From contig NW_027139548.1 of assembly GCF_035084215.1 (NCBI RefSeq), positions 7,936,001 through 8,000,000 on the forward strand: a DNA stretch of 64,000 nt. Reading direction: 5' to 3'. Positions 35,590 through 49,125 of this stretch are shown one piece after another. The position numbers and the translations under genes were made by a program. The DNA comes from Heptranchias perlo (Eukaryota). Numbering within the stretch: the first letter of the stretch is position 1; each line of letters starts with the position of its first letter. A model generated the notes under the pieces. That model searched no databases and was not told the DNA's origin. It was given only the letters and a program-made list of their open reading frames with translations.

Positions 35590-38500
35590 GCATATTCCTC
35601 ACTCCACCATTACCAACAAGACAGAGGATCAACCCTGGTCCAATGAGAAATGTAGAAGAGCATGCCAGCAGCAGCACCAGGCGTACCTAAAAATGAGGTG
35701 CCAACCTGGTGAAGCTACAAATCAGGACTACATGCATGCTAAGCGGCGGAAGCAACATGAAATAGACAGAGCTAAGCGATTCAACAACCAACGGATCAGA
35801 TCAAAGCTCTGCAGTGCTGCCATATCCAGTCGTGAATGGTGGTGGACAATTAAACAACTAACGGGAGGAGGAGGCTCTGCAAACATCCCCATCCTCAATG
35901 ATGGCGGAGTCCAGCACGTGAGTGCAAAAGACAAGGATGAAGCGTTTGCAACCATCTTCAGCCAGAAGTGCCGAGTGGATGATCCAACTTGGCCTCCTCC
36001 CGATATCCCCACCAACACAGAAGCCAGTCTTCAGCCAATTCGATTCACTGCACGTGATATCAAGAAACGGCTGAGTGCACTCGATATATCAAAGGCTATG
36101 GGCCCCGACAACATCCCGGCTGTAGTGCTGAAGACTTGTGCTCCAGAACTAGCTGCGCCTCTCGCCAAGCTGTTCCAGCACAGCTACAACACTGGCATCT
36201 ATCAAACAATGTTGAAAATTGCCCAGGTATGTCCTGTCCACAAAAAGCAAGACAAATCCAATCCGGCCATTACCGCCCCATCAGTCTACTCTCAATCATC
36301 AGGAAAGTGATGGAAGGTGTCGTCGACAGTGCTACAAAGCAGCATTTACTCACCAATAACCTGCTCACAGATGCTCAGTTTGGGTTCCGCCAGGACCACT
36401 CGGCTCCAGACCTCATTACAGCCTTGGTCAAAACATGGACAAAAGAGCTGAATTCCATAGTTGAGGTGAGAGTGGCTGCCCTTGACAGCAAGGCAGTATT
36501 TGACCGAGTGTGGCACCAAGGACCCCTAGTAAAATTTAAGTCAATGGGAATCAGGGGGAAAACTCTCCAGTGGCTGGAGTCATACCTAGCACAATGGAAG
36601 ATGGTAGTGGTTGTTGGAGGCCAATCATCTCAGCCCCAGGACATTGCTGCAGGAGTTCCTCAGGGCAGTCATAGAGTCATAGAGTTATACAGCACGGATA
36701 GAGGCCCTTCGGCCCATCGTGTCCGCGCCGGCCATCAAGCCCTGTCTACTCAAATCCCATATTCCAGCATTTGGTCCGTAGCCTTGTATGCTATGGCATT
36801 TCAAGTGCTCATCCAAATGCTTCTTGAATGTTGTGAGGGTTCCTGCCTCCACAACCCTTTCAGGCAGTGAGTTCCAGACTCCAACCACCCTCTGGGTGAA
36901 AAAGTTCTTTCTCAAATCCCCTCTAAACCTCCCGCCTTTTACCTTGAATCTATGTCCCCTTGTTATAGAACCCTCAACGAAGGGAAAAATCTCCTTAGTA
37001 CCCATCCTATCTGTGCCCCTCATAATTTTGTACACCTTAATCATGTCCCCCCTCAGCCTCCTCTGCTCCAAGGAAAACAAACCCAATCTTCCCAGTCTCT
37101 CTTCATAGCTGAAGCACTCAAGCCCTGGTAACTTCCTGGTGAATCTCCTCTGCACCCTCTCCAAAGCGATCACATCTTTCCTGTAGTGTGGCGACCAGAA
37201 CTGCACACAGTACTCCAGCTGTGGCCTAACCAGTGTTTTATACAGCTCCATCATAACCTCCTTGCTCTTATATTCTATGCCTCGGCTAATAAAGGCAAGT
37301 ATCCCATCTGCCTTCTTTACCACCTTATCTACCTGTTCCGCCGCCTTCAGGGATCTGTGAACTTGCACACCAAGATCCCTCTGACCCTCTGTCTTGCCTC
37401 GGGTCCTCCCATTCATTGTGTATTCCCTTGCCTTGTTAGTCCCTCCAAAGTGCATCACCTCGCACTTTTCCGGGTTAAATTCCATTTGCCACTGTTCCGC
37501 CCATCTGACCAACCCATCTATATCGTCCTGCAGACTGAGGCTATCCTCCTCGCTATTTACCACCCTACCAATTTTTGTATCATCAGCGAACTTACTGATC
37601 ATACCTTTTACATTCATATCCAAGTCATTAATGTAGACCACAAACAGCAAGGGACCCAGCACCGATCCCTGTGGTACCCCACTGGCCACAGGCTTCCAGT
37701 CACAAAAACAACCTTCGACCATCACACTCTGACTTCTGCCACGAAGCCAGTTTTGTATCCAAAGTGCCAAGGCACCCTAGATTCCATGGGCTCGTACCTT
37801 CTTGACCAGTCTCCTGTGGGGGACTTTATCGAAGGCACAACCATCTTCAGCTGCTTCATCAATGACATTCCCTCCATCATAAGGTCATAAATTGGGATGT
37901 TCGCTGATGATTGCACAGTGCTCAGTTCCATTCGCAACCTCTCAAATAATGAAGCAGCCCGAGCCCGCATGCAGCAAGATATGGACAACATCCAGGCTTG
38001 GGCTCATAAGTGGCAAGTAACATTCGCGCCAGACAAGTGCGAGGCAATGACCATCTCCAACAAGAGAGAGTCGATCCACCTCCCCTTGACATTCAACGGC
38101 ATTACCATCACCGAATCCCCCACCATCAAAATCGTGGGGTCAACATTGACCAGAAACTTAACTGGACAGCCATATAAATAAAGGCTACGAGAGCAGGTCA
38201 GATGCTTGGAATTCTGCGGCGAGCGACTCACCTCCTGACTCCCCAAAGCCTTTCCACCATCTACAAGGCACAAGTCAGGAGGCTGATGGAATACTCTCCA
38301 CTTGCTTGGATGAGTGCAGTTCCAACAACACTCAAGTAACTCGACACCATCCAAGATAAAACAGCCCGCTTGATTGGCACCCCATCCACCACGCTAAACA
38401 TTCACTCCCTTCACCCCCGGCGCACAGTGTCTGCAGTGTGTACCATCCACAGCACGCACTGCAGCAACTCGCCAAGGCTTCTTCGACAGCACCTCCCAAA

Positions 38501-38800
38501 CCTGCGACCTCTACCACCTAAAAAGTCAAGGGCAGAAGGCACATGGGAACAACACCGCCTGCACGTTCCCCTCCAAATGACACACCATCCCGACTTGAAA
38601 ATTTTTTGACGTTCCTTCATCGTCGTTGGGTCAAAATTCTGGAACTCCCTTCCTAACAGCACTTTCGGAGAACATTCACCACACGGTCTGTTGCGGTTCA
38701 AGAAGATGGCTCACCACTACCTTCTCAAAGGAAATTAGGGATGGGCAATAAATGCCGGCCTCGCCAGCGACGCCCACATCCCAAGAGGGAATGAAAACAA
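35590..38800 (+). mobile_element. CR1-clade LINE family A, decayed, interrupted by a younger CR1
   Basis: ORFs 35693-36310, 36136-36670 and 37897-38181 carry KAMGPDNIP, QFGFRQD, GVPQGS and MFADDC. The 3' end matches that of 1107-2780. Confidence 0.9.
36668..37836 (-). mobile_element. Young 5'-truncated CR1 nested in LINE family A
   Basis: Open ORF 36685-37770, near-identical to ~25961-27145. (ctatgact)n tail. Confidence 0.95.
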
Positions 38801-39011
38801 AATGCAGAGTGGCAATACCGCAGGTAACAACAAGATGGAAGCAGATTACAGGCTGCTTTACTCCATCTTATGCAAGATTAAGATTATCAAGTACTGACAC
38901 TAATCTCGGAATGGACCATGTTCCACTCCTGAAAAAAATCTTCACTCACTTCGATGAGCAGCAATGCTCAGACAGAGAGACAATTGAAACGTCAAAAGTA
39001 AAGTAAATGTT

Positions 39012-39310
39012 TAAAAAAGATTTGCATTTAATAGCACCTGTCAGGACATCGAGTTGTCCAAAAGTGCTTTGGAGCCAATGAAGTGCAGTCACTGTTGTAA
39101 TGAAGGGAAACGTGGCAGCCAATCTGCTCGCAGCAAGTTCCCACAGACAACAATGTGATTATCAGCAGATAATTTGTTTGCTTTATCGTGAGGGATTAAT
39201 ATTGTCCAGGACACCGGGGAGAACTCCCCTGCTCTTCTTCGAAATAATGTCGTGGCATCTTTTAATTTCACCTGTGAGGGCAGTCGGGACCTCGGTTTCA
39301 CGTCTCATTA
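39012..39310 (-). mobile_element. SINE 3' half
   Basis: aaaaagatttgcatttaatagcacc tail and core shared with 29856-30150. Confidence 0.75.
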
Positions 39311-39807
39311 AGGCACTGGCCGTTTCCTGTCAGAAACGATATCGGGCCACCGATCATCGCATTTACCCCATAGGTGTTCGGAATTTCCGGATCAGGGCCC
39401 AGAGAGAACAATCTGGCGAATATGATGGCAAACTAACAGCAGAACACACGCAAATTTCCATGTAAGTTAATGGAAGGGAAATCGGGTGTGTGGTGAAGAA
39501 AAAGTCAAATTTGTTTTATTGGCTGAGGTACGAATACACTCGAATGTGGAGCTTTGTTTTTAGTGTGAGGAATCTGCCATTCTGATTAGGTTTATAAAAT
39601 GGGACGTTATGTCCACAAGATGGAACATAAAATAATCAAGATGGGTGTTGATTGATTGCAACACTGATCCGTACCCGAAGTTTGAAACGACAACTGGCCT
39701 GGCTATTTCTGTCTTTTGGAAGGGAAATAGTAAATGAATGTAATTTTGATTTTGTGTGATAGTGTAAAACGGGCGATAACGAATCGGCAGCCCGTTTTAC
39801 TTACAGT

Positions 39808-40243
39808 TTAGCTATGGTGACAGATTGGATAGGCTGGAGTTGTTTTCCTTGGAACAGAGGGTGCTGAGGGGTGATCTGATTGAGGTGCACAAAATTATGA
39901 GGGGTCCAGATAGATGGAAAGGACCTATTTCCCTGAGGGGAGGGGTCAATAACTAGTAGACAGATTTAAACTGATTGGGAGAAGGATTACAGCGGAAATG
40001 AGTATTTTTTTCACCCAGAGGGTGGTGGGAGTCTGAAACTCACTGCCTGAGAGGGCGGTAAAGGCTGAAACCCTCAACTCATTTTAAAAATACCTGAATG
40101 TGTAACTGAAGAGCCTTGACTTGCAGGGCTACGGATCAAATGCGGGAAAGTGGGATTAGGCTGGGTGGCTCGTTTCTCAGCCGGCGCGGACACGCTGGGC
40201 CGAATGGCCTTCTTCTATGCTGTAAACTTTCTATGGTTCTATG
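39808..40243 (+). mobile_element. CR1 3' fragment
   Basis: LRGDLIEV...TQRVVGV remnant and a ttctatggttctatga tail. Confidence 0.8.
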
Positions 40244-40244
40244 A

Positions 40245-43200
40245 GTGCGAACAGCACGGTGTGCGGATACACTGTGTGAACTGAGTTTGGTGAGTGTGGG
40301 AGTTCGGTGAAGTGGGGGAAGGAGGTGCTGCTTTGCCATGCTTTTCCTAACTTTTTCCCCAGAGCGGCAGTGTACCTGAGAGTAGAAGTCTGAGATTGGG
40401 GAATAAAAAACAGCAGCAGACCTGCAACAAGAGACAACTACTGTGCGAGTTCACAGGTGAGGCAGGAGAGTCCGAGAGGTGAGCACAGTATAAAAGGAGA
40501 GACCTAAAGCGGGAGGAGAGTCGGTGAGTCTAAGGGCAAGTCATGGCAGCAGACCTCGCATCCGTGATATGCTCCTCCTGCACTATGTGGGAAGTCATAG
40601 ACACTACCAGTGTCCCTGGCGACCATGTGTGCAGGAAGTGTGTCCAGCTGAAGCTACTGGCTAACCGTCTTTCGGAGCTGGAGCTGCGGGTGGACTCACT
40701 GTGGAGCATCCGCGATGCTGAGACTATCGTGGATAGCACGTTCAGTGAGGTGGTTACACCGCAGGTAAAGATTACACAGACAGAAAGGAAATAGTTGACC
40801 GCCAGGCAGAGTAAAAGGACTAGGCTGGTAGAGCACGAGTCCCCTGGGGCCATCTCCCTCTCAAACAGATATACTGCTTTAGATAGTGTTGGGGAGATGG
40901 TTTATCAGGGGAATGCAGCAAGAGCCAGGATCGGGGCACCACGGGTGGCTCTGCTGCACAGGAGGGGAAGAAGAAGAGTGGCAGGGCTATAGTGATAGGG
41001 GATTCAATTGTAAGGGGAACAGATAGGCGTTTCTGCGGCCGCAAACGAGACTCCAGGATGGTATGTTGCCTCCCTGGTGCTAGGGTCAAGGATGTCACAA
41101 AACGGCTGCAGCGCATTCTGGAGGGGGAGGGTGAACAGCCAGTAGTCGTGGTTCATATTGGTACCAACGACATACGTTAAAAAAGGGATGAGGTCCTGCA
41201 AGGTGAATTTAAGGAGTTAGGAGATAAATTAAAAAGCAGCACTTCAAAGCTCGTGATCTCAGGATTACGACCGGTACCACGTGCTAGTGAGTATAGGAAC
41301 AGGAGAATAGACAGGATGAATGCGTGGCTGCAGGGATGGTGTAGGAGGAAGGGATTTAGATTCCTGGGACATTGGGACAGGTTCTGGGGAAGGTGGGACC
41401 TGTACAAGCGTTGCGGGTTACACCCGAGCAGGACCGGGACCAATGTCCTCGCGGGGGTGTTTGCTAGTGCTGTTGGGGAAGGTTTAAACTAGAGTGGCAG
41501 GGGGATGGGAACCTGAGCGGGGAGTCAGAAGGGAATAAAATTGAGAGCAGCAAGAGAGGGGAAGATCCAGGGGAAATCTACAGTACAAATAGTACAAACA
41601 GTTGTTCAAGAACAAGTGAAAGGGAAAAGCGTAGAGCAGCGGAAAGAAAGTGTACTTTAGGCACGACAGAAAAAATAAAAACTAGAAGGCGCAAGGCGAT
41701 TAACCCAGCATCAAAGCTGTGGCAGGGGGTTGGGAACCTGAGAAGGGAGACAGAGGAAAGCGTGTCAGGAAGGGACAGAAGGTATGGAGTAAAAGGTAAA
41801 GTGTTAAAAAAGGAAAAAGCAGGAACTAAGTGTCACAAAACATATTTGAAAGTTCTTTATCTGAATGCACGTAGCATTCGTAACAAAATGGACGAGTTAA
41901 CGGCACAAATAACTACGTATGGGTATGATCTTGCGGCCATCACAGAAACATGGCTGCAGGGTGACAACGACTGGGAATTATATATGCCAGGTTATTTAAC
42001 AATCAGGAAGGACAGGCAGGAAGGAAGGGGAGGTGGGGTGGCTATGTTAGTAAAGGAAGGAATCACTTTAATACAGATAAATGATATTGGGACAAATAAT
42101 CAGGATAATGAAACAGTTTGGGTAGAGATAAGGAATAATAAGGGGGAAAAAACACTCGTGGGCGTGGTATATAGGCCTCCTAATAGTTGCAACTCTGCTG
42201 GAACAAGTATTAATCAGGAAATAGTCAGGGCATGTAATCAGGGAACAGCTATAATTATAGGGGATTTTAACTATCATATTAACTGGACAAATCAAAATGA
42301 GCAGGGCAGCCTTGAGGAAGAGTTCATTGAGTGTATTAGGGATGGATTTCTTGAGCAGTATGTAACTGATCCTACAAGGGGGCAAACAACCTTGGACCTG
42401 GTCCTGTGTAATGAGCCAGGATTAATTAATAATGTCCTAGTTAAGGATCCCCTTTGAATGAGTGACCATAACATGGTTACATTCCATATCCAATTAGAGG
42501 GTGAGAATGTTAGTTCTCAAACAAGCGTACTGAGCTTAAATAAAGGAGACTATGATGGTATGAGAGCGGAATTGATTCATGTGGACTGGGAAAATAGATT
42601 AAAGGTTAAGACGGTACATGAGCAGTGGTGTTCATTCAAGGAGTCATTTTACAACTTTCAAAAAATATATATTCCACTGAGGAAAAAAGGGTGTAAAACA
42701 AATGACAGCCATCCGTGGCGAAGTAAAGAAATTAAGGACAGTATCCGAATAAAAACAAGGAATATAAGGTAGCCAAACTTAGTGGGAGTCTTCTATGATT
42801 CTATAGGCAATTGGGACTAGCTTAGTGGTATAAACTGGGCGACATGGACATGTTGGGCCGAAGGTCCTGTTTCCATGTTGTAACTTCTATGATTCTATGA
42901 TAGAAGATTGGGAAGTCTTCAAAAGACAGCAAAAAGTAACTAAATGATTGATTAAGAAAGGGAAGATAGATTATGAAAATAAATTAGCAAAACATATAAA
43001 AACAGATAGCAAGAGTTTCTATAGTTATATGAAAAGAAAAAAGGTGGCCAAGGCAAACTTCGGTCCCTTAGAGGATGAGACCGGGAAATTAACGGTGGGA
43101 ATTATGGAAATGGCAAAAATGCTGAACAAATATTTCGTTTCAGTCTTTACGGTAGAGGACACTAAGAATATCCCAACACTGGACAAACAGGGGGCTCTAG

Positions 43201-44879
43201 GGGGCGAGGAGCTAAATACGATTAAAATCACTAAGGAATTGGTGCTCAGTAAAATAATGGGACTCAAGGCGGATAAATCCCCTGGACCTGATGGCTTACA
43301 TCCGATGGTCCTGAGGGAAGTGGCAGTAGGGATTGTGGATGCTTTGGTAATAATTTTCCAAAATTCTCTGGACTCGGCAAAGGTTCCGGCAGATTGGAAA
43401 ACTGCTAATGTAACATCCTTATTTAAAAAGGGAAGTAGGCAGAAGGCTGGAAATTATGGACCAGTTCGCCTAACATCTGTGGTGGGTAAAATGTTGCAAT
43501 CTATTATCAAGGAGACAGTAGCGGAACATTTGGATAAACATAAATTAATAGTACAAAGTCAGCATGGCTTTACGAAGTGGAAGTCATGTCGGACAAATTT
43601 GCTTGAGTTCTTTGAGGACATAACGTGCAGGGTGGATAAAGGGGAACCAGTGGACGTGGTGTATTTAGACTTCCAGAAGGCATTCGACAAGGTGCCACAT
43701 AAAAGATTATTGCTCAAGATAAAGAATCACTGGATTGGGGGTAATATTCTGGCATGGGTGGAGGATTGGTTATCGAACAGGAAGCAGAGAGTTGGGATAA
43801 ACGGTTCATTCTCGGACTGGCAACCAGTAGCCAGTGGTATTCCGCAGGGGTCGGTGCTGGGTCCCCAACTCTTTACAATCTATATTAACGATTTGGAGGA
43901 GGGGACCGAGTGTAACATATCAAAGTTTGCAGATGATACAAAGATGGGAGGGAACCTGGAGAGTGAGGAGGAGATAAAAAACCTACAGGGGGATATAGAC
44001 AGGCTGGGTGAGTGGGCGGAGATTTGGAAGATGCAATACAATATTGGAAAATGTGAGGTTATGCACTTTGGCAGGAAACATCAGAGAGCAAGTTATAATC
44101 TTAAAGGCGAGAAACTGGAAAGTACTGCAGTACAAAGGGATCTGGGGGTCCTCGTGCAAGAAAATCAAAAAGTTAGTATGCAGGTGCAGCAGGTGATCAA
44201 GAAGGCCAACGGAATGTTGGCTTTTATTGCTCGGGGGATAGAATATAAAAACAGGGAGGTATTGCTGCAGTTATATAAGGTATTGGTGAGACCGCACCTG
44301 GAGTACTGCTACAGTTTTGGTCTCCATACTTAAGAAAAGACATACTTGCTCTCGAGGCAGTACAAAGAAGGTTCACTCGGTTAATCCCGGGGATGAGGGG
44401 GCGGACATATGAGGAGAGGTTGAGTCGATTGGGACTCTACTGATTGGAGTTCAGAAGAATGAGAGGCGATCTTATTGAAACATATATGATTGTGCAGGGG
44501 CTTGATCGGGTGGATGCGGTAAGGATGTTCCCAAGGATGGATGAAACTAGAACGAGGGGGCATAATCTTAGAATAAGGGGCTGCACTTTCAAAACTGAGA
44601 TGAGGAGAAACTTCTTCACTCAGAGGGTAGTAGGTCTGTGGAATTTGCTGCCCCAGGAAGCTGTGGAAGCTACATCATTAAATAAATTTAAAACAGAAAT
44701 AGACAGTTTCCTAGAAGTAAAGGGAATTAGGGGTTAGGGGGAGCGGGCAGGAAATTGGACATGAATTTAGGTTTGAGGTTAGGATCAGATCAGCCATGAT
44801 CTTATTGAATGGCGGAGCAGGCTCGAGTGGCCGGTTGGCCTACTCCTGCTCCTATTTCTTATGTTCTTATGTTCTTATG
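40245..44879 (+). mobile_element. Near full-length CR1 LINE (ORF1 zinc finger + SGNH esterase; ORF2 APE + RT), inactivated
   Basis: ORF1 from 40543 (MAADLASVICSSCTMWEV...CRKC; IGDSIVRG; HIGTND). ORF2 has YLNARSIRNK, ITETWL, GDFN, SDHN, KSPGPD and KFADD. Several stops and frameshifts. (ttcttatg)n tail. Confidence 0.95.
42791..42900 (+). mobile_element. ~110-bp CR1 3'-terminal insertion (same family as 11627-14085)
   Basis: Matches the reverse complement of ~11627-11725 and interrupts ORF2 of the host CR1. Confidence 0.85.
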
Positions 44880-45214
44880 ATTATGCATCACTCCGGATGA
44901 CTTCAATGGAATTAAAATCGGGAGAAATATAAAAGTGGCTACGGACTCGCTATCCCTCCTGATACCATTTCGCACGAAGTCAAAATGACTATCAGTTTAA
45001 TGCTGAACCAATCCCCGTGCTGGAAAATGGACCTGTATGAATGCCGGGCTTAATTCTGATGCCCACCGTGGTGGTATGTCCCGCCGACGTTTACAGACTG
45101 GACTCACAATGAAAAAGTGTCAATATTGGTGACATTATGGAGAGTTTCTTACACTCGTGCTCTGTTAACTAACAGGATGCACAGTGGGGTGAAAGCGAAA
45201 ATAATGCCTCTTTA

Positions 45215-45657
45215 GGTCCCAGGATGAATGACTTTAGTTATGTGGATAGCTTGGAGAAGCTGGGGTTGTTCTTGGAGCAGGGACGGTTGCGAGGAGATTT
45301 GATAGAGGAGTTCAAAATCATGAAGAGTCTAGAAAGAATAGATACAGAGAAACTGTTCCATTGGCGGATGGGTCAAGAACCAGAGGACATAGATTGAAGG
45401 TGATTGGCAAAAGAACCAAAGGTGATAGAAAGAAAAGCTTTTTTACACAGCGAGTGTTTAGGATCTGGAATGCACTGCCTGAGGGGGTGGTGGAGGCAGA
45501 TTCAATCATGGCCTTCAAAAGGGAACTGGATAAGTGCTTGAAAGGAAAAACAAATACAGGGCGGGGGAGTGGTACTAGCTGGATTAATCTTGCATACAAC
45601 CGGCGCGGACTCGATTTGCCAAATGGCTTTCTTCCATGCTGTAACCTTTCTATGATT
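45215..45657 (+). mobile_element. CR1 3' fragment
   Basis: RTRGHRLKVIGKR...FFTQRVFRIWNALPE and a ttctatgatt tail. Confidence 0.85.
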
Positions 45658-45809
45658 CGATGATTTGCAGAATGTTTTAATTAGTGCCACACTCCTGCAC
45701 TTTCCACAGAGCCCTGCAGATTTCTCCGTTTAAACTACATCTCCAATTGCCTTTTGAAAGTTCCTATTGAATCTGCTTCCACGATTTGTTCAAGAAATAT
45801 TGTTCATCT

Positions 45810-47284
45810 GTAGTGGGGGAGGGGGACAATTGATATCATGGTCACAGTAGTGGGGGAGGGGGACAATTGATATCATGGTCACAGTAGTGGGGGAGGGGGA
45901 CAATTGATATCATGGTCACAGTAGTGGGGGAGGGGGAGAATGGATGTCATGGTCACAGTAGTGGGGGAGGGGGAGAATGGATGTCATGGTCACAGTAGTG
46001 GGGGAGGGGGATAATCGATATCATGGTCACAGTAGTGGGGGAGGGGGACAATTGATATCATGGTCACAGTAGTGGGGGAGGGGGACAATTGATATCATGG
46101 TCACAGTAGTGGGGGAGGGGGAGAATGGATGTCATGGTCACAGTAGTGGGGGAGGGGGAGAATGGATGTCATGGTCACAGTAGTGGGGGAGGGGGATAAT
46201 CGATATCATGGTCACAGTAGTGGGGGAGGGGGAGAATTGATATCATGGTCACAGTAGTGGGGGAGGGGGACAATTGATATCATGGTCACAGTAGAGGGGG
46301 AGGGGGATAATCGATGTCATGGTCACAGTAGTGGGGGAGGGGACAATTGATATCATGGTCACAGTGGAGGGGGAGGGGGAGAATGGATGTCATGGTCACA
46401 GTAGCGGGGGAGGGGGATAATCGATGTCATGGTCACAGTAGTGGGGGAGGGGACAATTGATATCATGGTCACAGTAGAGGGGGAGGGGGAGAATGGATGT
46501 CATGGTCACAGTAGTGGGGGAGGGGGATAATCGATGTCATGGTCACAGTAGTGGGGGAGGGGTCAATTGATATCATGGTCGCAGTAGTGGGGGAGGGGGA
46601 GAATGGATGTCATGGTCACAGTAGTGGGGGAGGGGGATAATCGATGTCATGGTCACAGTAGTGGGGGAGGGGAAAATCGATATCATGGTCACAGTAGTCG
46701 GGGAGGGGAAAATCGATATCATGGTCACAGTAGTGGGGGAGGGGGACAATCGATATCATGGTTACTGTAGTGGTGGAGGGGAAAATCGATATCATGGTCA
46801 CAGTAGTCGGGGAGGGCGACAATCGATATCATGGTCACAGTAGTGGGGGAGGGGTTCAATTGATATCATGGTCACAGTAGTGGGGGAGGGGGACAATCGA
46901 TATCATGGTCACAGTAGTGGGGGAGGGGGACAATCGATATCATGGTCACAGTAGTGGGGGAGGGGAACATACGATATAATGGTCACAGTAATTGGGGAGG
47001 GGGACAATCGATATCATGGCCTCAGTAGTGGGGGAGGGGGGCAATCGATATCATCATCACAGCAGTGGGGGAGGGGGACAATCGATATCATGGTCACAGT
47101 AGTGGGTGACGGGAACAATCGATATCATGGTCACAGTATTGGGGTAGGGGTACAATCGATATCATGATCACAGTAGTGGGGGAGGGATGCAATCGATATC
47201 ATGGTCACAGTAGTGTGGGAGCGGAACAATCGATATCATTGTCACAGTAGTGGGGGTGGGGGACAATCGCTTTCATGGTCACAG
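45810..47284. repeat. G-rich minisatellite, 37-bp unit, ~40 copies
   Basis: Unit gatatcatggtcacagtagtgggggagggggacaatc. Confidence 0.97.
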
Positions 47285-48077
47285 AAGGGCTCGAATGCAG
47301 GACTTATTATCTAACGTCTTTGCAGTCACATGCTGTCGACCTTTGAACAAGGTGTGCCTGGAGCTGATCTAAGACACTCTAAGGTGCGGACTTAGAAACA
47401 GTGGAAGCGCAACCAAGAAGGCAGAACAAGGTAAGGAATAACATACAGGAATCGGGAAAAAAAGTCAAACTCGACGATTCTTTCCGTAAATATGAATGAC
47501 CGCTGGCCTCTTGTCTCTTTGGTAGCAGTGAGATAGAGAAAGGCAAGCAATGCTCGCCGCCTGGTAGTTAAGGATATATTCATTGTGCAGTTCTAGTCTC
47601 CAGAGGTTTTGTCTCAGAATGGGGCCTCGCTATTCAATCAATGGAATGTCCTGAACTAGGGAATGAGCCACATTATAGAAATGCATCTACGGATTTAAAC
47701 TCAAATAAGCTGCAGCGGCCAGTCATGTTGCGTCATATATCACTGTTAGGCAGGGAGTCTTAAAGACAAGTTAAGCAAGGCGATTGGGAGAACAGTCCAG
47801 CGAACTGTCCTTTAAGGTACACCGTGAGGTAAAAATTCAGCTTCTATACTCCCGGGATTGGGGTAAAATCCACGGCTGCTAATGTGCAAATTCGTGATAA
47901 ATTCGCATCTGCTGATCGCCGGGAGCACAGTGGCGCAATCTGAGCTCCGCCTATTCTGTTCCTTTGTTGTCCCTTTTTGATCTGCTCAAAGATACCTTGC
48001 TCAATTGGTTAGTTTTTTTAACGGCGAAGTTAGCCAATCAAAGTCCAAAAGCGGTTGAATCGTGGGGGGATGGTGCA

Positions 48078-49125
48078 TTATAGAATCATAGAATGATAGA
48101 GCACAGCAGGAGGCCATTGGAACCAACCAATTAGTCCCACTCACTTGCAAGTCACCCATAACCATGGAAATTCCCTTTTGAAATATATCATGGTTACTGT
48201 AGTGGGGGAGGGGAAAATCGATATCATGGTCACAGTAGTCGGGGAGGGGGACAATTGATATCATGGTCACAGTAGTGGGGGAGGGGGGCAATCAATATCA
48301 TGGTCACAGTAGTGGGGGAGGGGGACAATCGATATCATGGTCACAGTAGTGGGGGAGGGGGACAATCGATATCATGGTCACAGTAGTGGGGGAGGGGGAC
48401 AATCGATATCATGGTCACAGTAGTGGGGGAGGGGAACAATCGATATAATGGTCACAGTATTGGGGGAGGTCACGCACTGTATTCCAGATCATAACAACTC
48501 GCTGCTTTTTTTTCCTGATGTCGCCTCTGGTTCTTTTGCCATTTATTTTAAATCAGTATCGTTTGGTTACCGATCCTTCTGTCACTGGAAACAGTTTCTC
48601 CTTATTTAATCGATTATAATCCTTCATGATTGTGAACATCTCTATCAAATCTCCCCTTAACCTTCTCTGCTCTAAGGAGAATATTCCCAGTTTCTCTAGT
48701 CTAAACAAGTAACATTCATCTCTGGTATACAATTTTAGTAAATTTCCTCTGCATCCTCTCTAAGTCCTTCACATCTTTCCAAAAGTATGGTGCCCAGAAT
48801 TGGCCACAATACTCCAGCTGGGTTCTAACCGGTATTATATAAAGGTTTAGCATAAATTCCTTGCTTTTCCATTCTATACCTCTATTTAAAAAGCTATGGA
48901 TCCAGTGTACTTTCTTACCATCCTTCTGAATTTGCCCTGCCACATTCGAAGCCTTGTGTACGTACACCCGCAGGACTCTCTGTTCCTGCACCAACTTTAA
49001 AATTCTACCAAGTAGTTTCCATTGCCTCACCTCATTCTCCCACCAAAATGAATCACGTCACCTTTCTGTGCGTTAATTTGAATCTGCCATGTGTCTGCCC
49101 ATTTCAATAGTCTGTCTGTCCTCAC
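48078..49125 (-). mobile_element. CR1 3' portion, decayed, interrupted by the second 37-bp array
   Basis: Tail tatagaatcatagaa at ~48078. Minus ORF RTQLEYCGQFWAPY...LERMQRKFT. Confidence 0.8.
48186..48469. repeat. Second array of the 37-bp minisatellite, ~7-8 copies
   Basis: Same unit as 45810-47284. Confidence 0.95.

Noticed and set aside
41494-41760. Duplicated gtggcagggg..gggaacctgag segment between CR1 ORF1 and ORF2
   Set aside because: It is most simply an internal feature of this CR1 subfamily, not a separate element.
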